Positions 48,033 through 57,368 of a DNA stretch of 64,000 nt are shown here, piece after piece. The DNA is taken from the NCBI GenBank assembly GCA_036785375.1, contig JAWMAR010000104.1, positions 4,402,001 through 4,466,000 on the forward strand. The letters are read 5' to 3'. The notes under the pieces were generated by a model. The model was not told the origin of the DNA, made no database searches, and saw nothing but the letters and a program-made list of their open reading frames with translations. Source of the stretch: Leucoraja ocellata. Lineage: Eukaryota. The stretch's first letter is position 1; each line of letters opens with the position of its first letter. Both the position numbers and the translations under genes were made by a program.

Positions 48033-50423
48033 TTAAGCAATATTAGGATTGAGGCCAGACATCGGAGTTCCGCAAGGCTTCAAGAAGAGAAAATCGCTTT
48101 TGGCCGATTCTGGAGACAGGCAGACCGAGTAATTATGCGCCTCTGGCACGCGGGATAGCCGGCCAGTCCCTGGATAACGTAACGTTTCCTCCAATGCAGC
48201 CCTCCGAGCAAATGCATCGTCAGAATTTCCAGGTTTGCAGCAACAACTGGTAGAATTATACTCTTGGTTGCTATTTCCATCTTGTTTACATTTGATGCTG
48301 ATCAGTAGAATGATTATCACGAGAAAGAGCACAGAAGTGCAACCGAAAATGACGATTAAGTGAAGATTCAGATCAGAGAAATATTCGCGATTTGTCACCA
48401 AATTTTCACTCTCGACGATTCTTTCAGTGATATTCTCCAGAATTGTAACTTGGATTGTAACCATACTGGAGAGATTCGGTTGTCCATTATCCTTTACTAA
48501 GATGACGAGAGTTTGTGTGGTGGCATCGGACTCCAGTAGTTTCCGCGCGGTTCTGATTTCGCCAGAATTTTTCCCAACGTTGAACATACTGGGATCACTT
48601 GAACTCTGCATGTGATAAAATAGCCTCGCGTTCTGACCTGAATCTGCATCATTTGCCATTACCTTCGTGACCAGGTACCCAGGGGCCGCCGACTGGGGCA
48701 GGATCACCACTGCTGCCGACCCACTTTGTTCTGTTGGTGAACCAATTACCGGCGCGTTGTCATTTTGATCCAGGATGATCACATTCACCGTGGTGCTGCT
48801 GCTCAGCGGAGGCACCCCCGCGTCACGGGCTTGAACATGGAACTGGAAGTTTTTGAGTTTCTCATAGTCAAAAGAGCGCATTGCATATATAGTGCCGTTC
48901 ATCGAGTTAATGCTGACCTGAGTGGGCAATGGCATGTCTTGGATGCGATTTCCTAATAAGTAGTAAGAAACATATGAATTCTGGTTCAGATCCCTATCTA
49001 TCGCGGTCACTGCGAAAATCGAAGTCCCCGGAGCATTGTTTTCCATCACATATATGTTGTAGGATGGCTCAGAAAATCGTGGTACGTTATCATTAATATC
49101 AGCAATCACAATCTGAATAGTTTTATTTGTCGATAGTGAAGGCGATCCCAGGTCCCAGGCGTCAATGTTTACTTGATACACAGGGATAGATTCACGATCC
49201 AACGGTTCACTTGTAATCAACTCATAATGATTCATCGACGATGTTTGAAGAATGAATGGGATGTTCTTTGGAATCTCGCAGGAAACCTGCCCATTTTCTC
49301 CAGTGTCGCCGTCTATAACATTGACCAATGTTATTAAAGTTCCTGGCGAAGCATTTTCCGGAACTGTGTTCGTGGTAGACATCACTTTTACCTCGGGTGC
49401 ATTGTCGTTTTCGTCAATTATCTTGACTAACACTTTCGCATGCCCTGTAGCGGCGGGAGAACCGTGGTCAACAGCTTGAACATTGAGTGAATAGCCTTTT
49501 GCTTCCTCAAAGTCTATAACCCCTTCAGTTCGAATTTCCCCACTGTCTGGGTCCAAGCTGAACAAATCCCGAACTTTTTGTGAAGTTAGTTTGCTGAAAA
49601 AATATGTCAGCTCAGCATTTAACCCTTCATCCAGGTCAGTGGCTTCAACGTGCGCCACCAATGTACCAAGGGGTGTGTTTTCTCTGAGGTGGCTCCTGTA
49701 AATATTCTGATTGAATACAGGAGGATTGTCGTTGTTGTCCACTACAGTAACAAGGATCTGAGCTGTGCCGGTTCTCTGAGGGGTCCCACCATCAGTCGCT
49801 GTCAGAACCAACTGAAAGGACGAGTGCAGCTCTCGGTCCAGAGGTTTCTCTAACACCAACTCAACAATTATAATTCCATCATCCGTTCTCTGTGTCTTTA
49901 AATTAAAGTAGTCACTGGAACTGATAGTGTAAGAGGCGATTGTATTTGTTCCAACGTCCGGGTCTTCCGCGCTCTCCAGAGGGTAGGCGACCCCGGGTGT
50001 CATCGTTTCGACAATCTGTAAGGCGATCGTTCCTCCCCTGAATGCGGGGGCATTGTCGTTCACATCAAGTATCTCCACCTCCCCGCGATGCACCGCTAAA
50101 GGATTTTCCAGTATTATTTTAAAGGAAATTGTACATATTGCTGCTTGCCCACAGATACGTTCTCTGTCGATTTTTTCACGCATAGACAATATCCCATTTT
50201 CCACGTTCATCTTCATATACTGTCCTCCGTCATCAGAAATCAGCCGAAATTTACGAGCAGACAATTGCGGTATAGCCAGTCCCAAATCTTGAGCGATATT
50301 CCCGACCAAAGCCCCTTCCTCCATTTCCTCATAAACAGAATAGCGAATTTGTCCAGAAATCAGTCCCGTCGTACATACCAGAATTATGAAGCCAGCGACG
50401 TTGTTGATCGCCGAATTCGCCAT
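48033..50423 (-). CDS. Clustered protocadherin unit 5 (796 aa)
   Basis: Intact ORF with QIRYSVYEE, 6 EC repeats, TM and YSVCLSPESAKSDFLFLKP. Confidence 0.95.
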   Translation of the reverse strand: MANSAINNVAGFIILVCTTGLISGQIRYSVYEEMEEGALVGNIAQDLGLAIPQLSARKFRLISDDGGQYMKMNVENGILSMREKIDRERICGQAAICTISFKIILENPLAVHRGEVEILDVNDNAPAFRGGTIALQIVETMTPGVAYPLESAEDPDVGTNTIASYTISSSDYFNLKTQRTDDGIIIVELVLEKPLDRELHSSFQLVLTATDGGTPQRTGTAQILVTVVDNNDNPPVFNQNIYRSHLRENTPLGTLVAHVEATDLDEGLNAELTYFFSKLTSQKVRDLFSLDPDSGEIRTEGVIDFEEAKGYSLNVQAVDHGSPAATGHAKVLVKIIDENDNAPEVKVMSTTNTVPENASPGTLITLVNVIDGDTGENGQVSCEIPKNIPFILQTSSMNHYELITSEPLDRESIPVYQVNIDAWDLGSPSLSTNKTIQIVIADINDNVPRFSEPSYNIYVMENNAPGTSIFAVTAIDRDLNQNSYVSYYLLGNRIQDMPLPTQVSINSMNGTIYAMRSFDYEKLKNFQFHVQARDAGVPPLSSSTTVNVIILDQNDNAPVIGSPTEQSGSAAVVILPQSAAPGYLVTKVMANDADSGQNARLFYHMQSSSDPSMFNVGKNSGEIRTARKLLESDATTQTLVILVKDNGQPNLSSMVTIQVTILENITERIVESENLVTNREYFSDLNLHLIVIFGCTSVLFLVIIILLISIKCKQDGNSNQEYNSTSCCCKPGNSDDAFARRAALEETLRYPGTGRLSRVPEAHNYSVCLSPESAKSDFLFLKPCGTPMSGLNPNIA

Positions 50424-50619
50424 TGTTCAACAATGAACTGCTTTGCCAAATCGCGTACTGTTCGATTAAACAAGACAACCTGGCCTTGCCTACAATTGTC
50501 GCAGCGATGTTTTTCGGTCCTGAATGCATAAATGTATTTGTTTTATCTTTGTCCACTGGACGCCACGGTCTAACCGCGAATTGTTCCTGTTTCTCGTCAA
50601 TTCTGATCTATGGCTATGA

Positions 50620-50730
50620 TGGGGCGGGCTAATGGATCCAATGCTGCGTTTTAGGTTCTTATTGGTACACAGCGACACAACCAGTCCCTTTCTAAAATTA
50701 CATCGACATTTCTTAAAGCGAGACTGCTCT
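50620..50730 (-). promoter_or_regulatory. Protocadherin promoter with CSE, unit 5
   Basis: GTGTCGCTGTGTACCAAT at 50678-50661, TGTAATT module, GCTTTAAGAA at 50719-50710, GC box at 50621. Confidence 0.85.
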
Positions 50731-51246
50731 GTTAATCGTTTAATGGCGCACAACCACCAACCTTTGTCATTGACATGTCCATCAACCTAACTTGACAATA
50801 TACAAATATTCAAATCTATTTCACACATTATATTTCTATATCTGGCATTTCCCCCAGTTCTGCCTCTCCCCTTTTCCATATTTCCTCACAATCAGCCTGA
50901 AGACGTTCTATGAGATGCTGCCCGACTTCCCGATTAACTCCAACACTTTGTGTCCTCCTCTTTACCTACTGTGATACTTATGAACTACTGCACTGGCTAC
51001 TACGGGGTTATCAGGGTGTGAAATTAAATTGAATATAGTGTAATACAAAACATATTTGGTTCCACATCATTTTTGACACAGATCACACTATGAAAATAAA
51101 CATTGCCCAAAACATCTCTTGTTTCCTCTCACATTACAGCTATGGTCTATACTATTTGATATTTGCACGTTTAGAACAACGTTCGGACTGTCCGTCCCAT
51201 CTGTGTCTCCAGTAATTGTGTAAAGTTCTATCAGCATTCTCTTTAT

Positions 51247-51492
51247 CAATAGTCAATAGTCAATAGTCAATAGTCAATTTAATTGTCATTTGGACCCCTT
51301 GAGGTCCAAACGAAATGCCGTTTCTGCAGCCATACATTACAAACAAATAGACCCCAGACACAACATAATTTACATTTTACATAAACATCCATCACATTGC
51401 TGTGATGGAAGGCCAAAAAAAACTTATCTCTCCACTGCACTCCCCCCCGATGACAGAGTCAAAGTCAAAGCCCCCGGCTGGCGATGGCGATT
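51247..51492 (-). mobile_element. 3' fragment of a related retroposon family
   Basis: Shares ATGTATGGCTGCAG...TTTCGTT-hairpin-ATGACAA with the 7371 and 42031 elements and has a (TTGACTA)n tail. Confidence 0.7.
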
Positions 51493-52779
51493 ATCCTGCG
51501 CAAAATAAACATCCACGTTTGTGAAACACCGTGTTATAGCTATTTGGCTCCTTATTCGGGCAGCATTCTGATAAACTTCCTACACTTTCCAAAATTGTGC
51601 ATCTGCTTCCAGCCAAGACTCGAACAGGACTGCACACAATTCTTCAAACGCAGCTGTCAACGTTTTATAAAACGGCATCATGACCTCCTGACTATTATTC
51701 TCCATGCGCCGAGCGATGAAACCATGCTCACGATACGTTTTCTTTAAAACTCTATCCACTTGTGTTTCTACTTTCAGAGAGCTATCGAATTGGACTCCAA
51801 GAGCACTCTGTACATCATTGGTGTTAAGTGTTCAGTGATTAACGGCATACTTTCCCTGGGACATTTCACACCCGGAAATGCCGGGCCTCACAAGTGCCCG
51901 GATTAAATTCCACCCAGGCCTTCTCCCCCTATATATGCAAATTATCTTTGTGTTGCTGTTCCAATTGACAATATTTGTTGCTGACTGCTACTTTATAAAT
52001 GGTTGCGGTCTTGAAACTTCCTAACTTACTAACTAATGCGCGTACAATTTGCTTCAATGTATATAGCAAACAAAGGGTGGCCCGGTGTTGATTTATGTGG
52101 AACACCATTGGTCACATACCTCCAGCTGGAACAATACACATTTATCACCACTGCCCTTTGGCATCTATAGATAACCCAGTTGCGGACCCATGGATACCAA
52201 CGGGGTGAATACGTTAAAATATTTGGCTAGAAATTAGAGGTTGGCAAGAATTTGGCCATGTGTGTGTTAGAAGGACCAACCATTTCCAATATATATCGAT
52301 CCGAATAAACTTAATAGTACTCCCTTCACATGACCTATTATTCTTGAGTTAAACAATTCTGCTGCTTAAAAGAGTGCTGCATGCAAGATTATTTGAACAA
52401 ATTTCCATTACTTCAAACAGAGTAATTTTCTTTGCTATACGAAGACGTTTATTCGTGATTTTTCAATGTTAGTTCTTCAGGATCGGTAGATATATGCATG
52501 CTTTGTGTGGCTGACCTAACAACAACGAAAATGCGATGGTCATGCCGTGACCAGTCGTTTGTCTCCTTAAGAGTGAAGTGGAAACAATTTCACACACATC
52601 GATTCCACACACCAATTATTATATTTTATAACACTGAAACATTCCTTTTCGAACTAAAATGAAATAATAACACACACACGTGGAGTATTTTCTTGAATGC
52701 GCAATTCGCAGCGACCCACACCGCTGCATGAAAATATGGGTAGCAATCATGTCGGCCAACTTTTGCTGCTACGAGATCA

Positions 52780-54650
52780 TTGAATCACTGCTACGAGACC
52801 CTGCTGTTATATCCAATGCTTTCAACCAGCATTTCTCCACTGTATGTAGCTCTACTGTATTTGACTCATCTATTATATGTGCCCCATCTCAATTATCAAC
52901 TCGGTGGCTAAAATCCTCGAGAAACTAGTGTTCAACCAGCTATCACATTATGGCTCAACTTTCAACATTCTATCTCCATGCCAGTCTGGGTTCAGACCTA
53001 ATCACTCCACAACTACAGCTCTGTTAAAACTCACCAGCGATGTGTTCACTGCTTCTGAGGATGGTAAACTCACCGGTGCCATCTTTCTTGATCTAACCAA
53101 GGCCTTTGATGTTGTTGACCACTACCTACTGCTTGATAAACTTTACTCTATTGGTCTTTCTCAAAACAATCTACCGTGGTTTAACTCACACCTTCATAAC
53201 AGACGCCAATGTGTCACCTTTAATGGAAGTCAATACAATTCCTTAATTGTTGAGAACCCGCAAGGTTCGTCCTTGGGACCACTCCTTTTCTCTATTTTCA
53301 TAAACGACCTCCCTAATATCTGTTCTGACTGTCAAACACCACTATATGCCGATGATGCAGTGCTATATACATCTAGCACTAACAAGTCTGAAATTGAAAG
53401 AACCCTTCAATCAGATCTTACTTCTGTTCAGAAATGGCTATTATTTTTACAAATTAATTTTAAATAAAAATAAATCATGCAGTGTGTTATTTGGTACCAG
53501 ACAAGGCCTTGGTAATTCTGTAGATCTGATTATATCATTTAATGAAGGATCACCATTAGAACAAGTAATGAACTTCAAATATCTTGGTGTTTGGCTCGAC
53601 CCAACGCTTTCATTTACGCAGCATAGTGAGACGATTACTAAAAAACTCAGCTGTAATCTAGCTATTCTTTACCCCCATATAAATTGTTTCACCTTTCAGA
53701 TGAGAAAAATAATTATCTCTCAACTACTACTACCAACACTGGATCATGCTGATATTGTCTATCAGAATACATTTGATACACATCTTCAACCCCTAATGTA
53801 GTTTATAATAGTCTTTGCAGATTTATTTTAAGGTGTCCATATATAACTCACCACTGTTCTATGTACGAAACTCTAAACTGGTTATCCCCCCACGCTCGAA
53901 GATGCTACCACTGGTTCCAGTTCATCTTTAAATGCATCCATCTCAATTACCCTTCTTATTTAAAACAAGACCTATTACCATACACACCCTCATATTCACT
54001 AAGACATATTCAGCAACCCTTCTTTTTCATTCCAAGAACTAACAAAGAAATTGGGAGACGTGCATTTAAATTCAAAGCTCCTTTTGACTGGAACACTCTG
54101 CCTAGTACCATAAGAACTATTAGCTCATTTCGTCTATTTAAAAATACACTTTTACCCTTCCTTATAAAACCGTGTACCTGTTTCTAGTATTAGAGTCTTC
54201 GAGCTTCTTTATCTAGCTTGCTCTGTGTGTGATCATTTGGCATAACTATTGTATATGCATGGCCATTACACTTATGTATTATTGTATTGCATAGTGTAAC
54301 AAGGTCTTATATTGTATTATGTCACAACATCATGAAATAATATATCATGTAATAATGTTGATAGTATGTATTAACGTACGATGTATGATAGGTGGTATAT
54401 GGTATTATGCATTAACATTATGCTGTAACACATAACTATTGTTATTATTGGATAAAGCCAATTAACAATTGTTATAAACTATAACAAGTGGGGATGGAGG
54501 GGTTTTGGGATTGATGTGTGGGTAGGTGGGTAGGTGGGTCAATGAGAGCCTCTATGTATGTTATCTTGTGCTGTATGTTCTATCTTGGACCCCCTTCGAA
54601 AACGAGATGTCCGTCCACCTCAAGGGGTTATCCATGAATAAACTTGTTTC
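52780..54650 (+). mobile_element. 5'-truncated L2-group (Crack/Daphne-like) LINE
   Basis: RT motifs QSGFRPNHSTTTAL, IFLDLTKAFDVVDH, PQGSSLGPLLFSIFINDL, LYADD, FKYLGVWLD, and C-terminal GRRAFKFKAPFDWNTLP. AT-rich 3' UTR ends in a CCCCTT...AAGGGG hairpin and AATAAA. Frameshifted. Confidence 0.85.
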
Positions 54651-54660
54651 AAATGTAGCA

Positions 54661-57051
54661 TTACGGTTGAGATGTGCGAGCGACGCATGGCTTCAAATAA
54701 AGAAAATCGCTTTTTGCTGACTCCGGAGAAAGACAGACCGAATAGCTCTGCACTTGTGGCCCTTGCACCATCCGGCCAGTCCCAGGATAGCGTAAAGTTT
54801 CCTCCATTGCAGGTCTTGGATTGAACGTATCATTTGAATCTCCAAGTTTGTGACAGTAACTGGGCGAATTATACTCTTGGATAACATTTCTATCCCGTTT
54901 GCATTTGATGCTAATCAGTAGAATTATGATTACAAGAAAGAGAACGGAAGTGCAGCCGAAAATAACGATAAAGTAAAGATGCAGGTCCGCGTAATGTTGG
55001 CGATTAGATTCTAACTTATTGCTTTCGGCCATTCTCTCAGTGATATTCGCAAGAATTGCAATTTGGATTGTCACCATGCTGGAGAGACTCGGCTGCCCAT
55101 TGTCCTTCGCCACGATGCTGAGAGTTTGTGTTGTGATGTCGGACTGGATGATGCGTCGCGCTGTTCTGATTTCACCTGAGATTTTACCGACATTAAATAA
55201 ACTGGGATCACTTGAACTCTGCATCTGATAAAACAGCCGTGCGTTCTGACCGGAATCGGCATCAGTTGCCATTATCTTCGTGACCAAGTACCCTTGGGTC
55301 GCTGACCGTGGGAGGATCTCCAGTAATGCTGACGAATTCTGCGCTGAAGGTGAAATTATTACTGGAACGTTGTCATTTTGATCCAGAATGATCACATTCA
55401 CTGCAACACTGCTGCTTTGCGGGGGTACACCAGCGTCACGGGCTTGAACATAAATCTTCACATTTTTGAGTTTCTCATAGTCAAAAGAGCGCAGTGTGTA
55501 AATTGTGCCAGTCATCGAATTGATGTCTAGGTAGCTGGGCACTGGGAATTCTTGGACAATATTTTGCAGGAAGGAGTAAGAAACATAGGAATTCTGATCC
55601 AGGTCAGGATCCGAAGCAGTCACGGCAAAAATAGATACCCCTGGAGCGCTGTTTTCCATCACATATATGCTGTATGAGGGTTCGGAAAAACGCGGTGCGT
55701 TATCATTTATATCAGAAATTAAAACATGTATGGTTTTATTGCTTGACAGTGAGGGTGACCCGAAGTCCCAAGCTACAAAGTGTATTTTATATTCGGGAAC
55801 AGATTCACGGTCCAATGGTTCACTAGTAATCAACTCGAAATGATTCTCCGACGACATTTGAAGAGTGAATGGGATGTTACTTGGTATCTCACAGCGCACC
55901 TCTCCGTTTTCATCAGAATCCTGATCAATAACATTAATCAAAGTTATTAACGTTCCCACCTGTGCGTTTTCCGGAACGTTGTTCGTGTTTGATGTCACTT
56001 TTATCTCGGGTGCGTGGTCGTTTACATCAATTACCTTGATCAATAACTTGCAGTGCCCGGTAATTGTAGGAGAACCGTGATCCATGGCTTGAATGTCAAT
56101 GGAATAACTGCTTGCTTCTTCAAAATCCAGCTCTCTTTTAGTTCGAATCTCCCCGATGTCGGGGTCCAAACTAAACAGTTCGCGAATTCTTGGTGATGTT
56201 AATTTGTTGAAAGAATATGTTAGATCAGCATTCAACCCTTCGTCCAAGTCAGTGGCTTTAACTTTCATCATTAAGGTACCAGGAGGTGTATCTTCATTTA
56301 AACTGACTCTATAAATTTCGTGATCGAATATAGGGGGATTATCATTGATGTCCATTACGGTAATTAAAATCTGTGCTGTGCCGGATCTCTGAGGCTTTCC
56401 ACCATCAGTCGCTGTCAGCGTCAGCTGAAAAGACGAGTGCAATTCCCGATCCAAAGGTTTTTCCAGTTGTAACTTGGCAATTAGAATACCATCCTCCGTT
56501 CGCTGACTTTTTAAACTAAAATATTCATTTGAGCTGAGTGTGTAAGCAGCGATCGTATTTATACCAACGTCCGGATCTTGCGCATTGTCCAGGGGGAAGT
56601 GGACGCCTGGCGCAATCGCTTCAGACATCTGCAGCATAATGCTGCTCTCCGGAAAAGTGGGAGAATTATCATTTACGTCCAGAATCTCCACTTCTGCGCG
56701 ATATATTGCCAAAGGTTTTTCCAGTATGATTTTAAAATGAATGGTACATACAGTTGCTTGTCCGCAAATATGCTCCCTGTCGATGATTTCATGAATAGAC
56801 AATATCGCATTATCTAAATTTACCTTTATGTATTGCGCTCCGTCAACAGAGGTTAGCCGAAAATGGCGTGCGGACAATTGTTGTACATTCAATCCCAAAT
56901 CTTGAGCGATATTCCCGACAAAAGCGCCTTCGTTAATTTCCTCGGGAATAGAATAGCGAATTTGCCCGAAAATCAGACTGGGTGCACACACCAGCATCAC
57001 GAAAGTAAACGTTTTGAAAGCAATGGCGTTGCTGATATCCGAATTCGCCAT
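54661..57051 (-). CDS. Clustered protocadherin unit 6 (796 aa from MANSDISN)
   Basis: Intact ORF and closest paralog of unit 5. Start placed at the ATG at 57051 (GAACAATGGCG context); an in-frame upstream ATG exists at 57156. Confidence 0.95.
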   Translation of the reverse strand: MANSDISNAIAFKTFTFVMLVCAPSLIFGQIRYSIPEEINEGAFVGNIAQDLGLNVQQLSARHFRLTSVDGAQYIKVNLDNAILSIHEIIDREHICGQATVCTIHFKIILEKPLAIYRAEVEILDVNDNSPTFPESSIMLQMSEAIAPGVHFPLDNAQDPDVGINTIAAYTLSSNEYFSLKSQRTEDGILIAKLQLEKPLDRELHSSFQLTLTATDGGKPQRSGTAQILITVMDINDNPPIFDHEIYRVSLNEDTPPGTLMMKVKATDLDEGLNADLTYSFNKLTSPRIRELFSLDPDIGEIRTKRELDFEEASSYSIDIQAMDHGSPTITGHCKLLIKVIDVNDHAPEIKVTSNTNNVPENAQVGTLITLINVIDQDSDENGEVRCEIPSNIPFTLQMSSENHFELITSEPLDRESVPEYKIHFVAWDFGSPSLSSNKTIHVLISDINDNAPRFSEPSYSIYVMENSAPGVSIFAVTASDPDLDQNSYVSYSFLQNIVQEFPVPSYLDINSMTGTIYTLRSFDYEKLKNVKIYVQARDAGVPPQSSSVAVNVIILDQNDNVPVIISPSAQNSSALLEILPRSATQGYLVTKIMATDADSGQNARLFYQMQSSSDPSLFNVGKISGEIRTARRIIQSDITTQTLSIVAKDNGQPSLSSMVTIQIAILANITERMAESNKLESNRQHYADLHLYFIVIFGCTSVLFLVIIILLISIKCKRDRNVIQEYNSPSYCHKLGDSNDTFNPRPAMEETLRYPGTGRMVQGPQVQSYSVCLSPESAKSDFLYLKPCVARTSQP

Positions 57052-57249
57052 TGTTCCGCGCTGAATTATTTTCCAAAAGCAGGCCTCTGCTCGATTAGAC
57101 CTTAAAACAGCTCTTACCACGAAATCACTGGAGCAAAATCTACATCGTGAATTCATACAAACATGAAGTTAATTCTTCTTGGCTTGAATCCGCAATCGGA
57201 ACGTACATTGCTCCTGTTTTTCTGGCTATTATGATCTTGTCGTTCTGAA

Positions 57250-57368
57250 GTGGGGGGGGGGGGGGGCAATGGATCTATCGCTGTGTTTGAGATTCTTATT
57301 GGTATACAGCGACACAACCAGTCCCGTTCAACAACTACACCGGCAGTTCTTAAAGCGGAACTGCTCTG
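57250..57368 (-). promoter_or_regulatory. Protocadherin promoter with CSE, unit 6
   Basis: GTGTCGCTGTATACCAAT at 57315-57298, TGTAGTT module, GCTTTAAGAA at 57356-57347. Confidence 0.85.

Noticed and set aside
57052-57156. N-terminal extensions of units 6 and 3 from the ORF track
   Set aside because: Not conserved among paralogs; they precede the signal peptide, and the unit 3 extension starts at a non-ATG codon.
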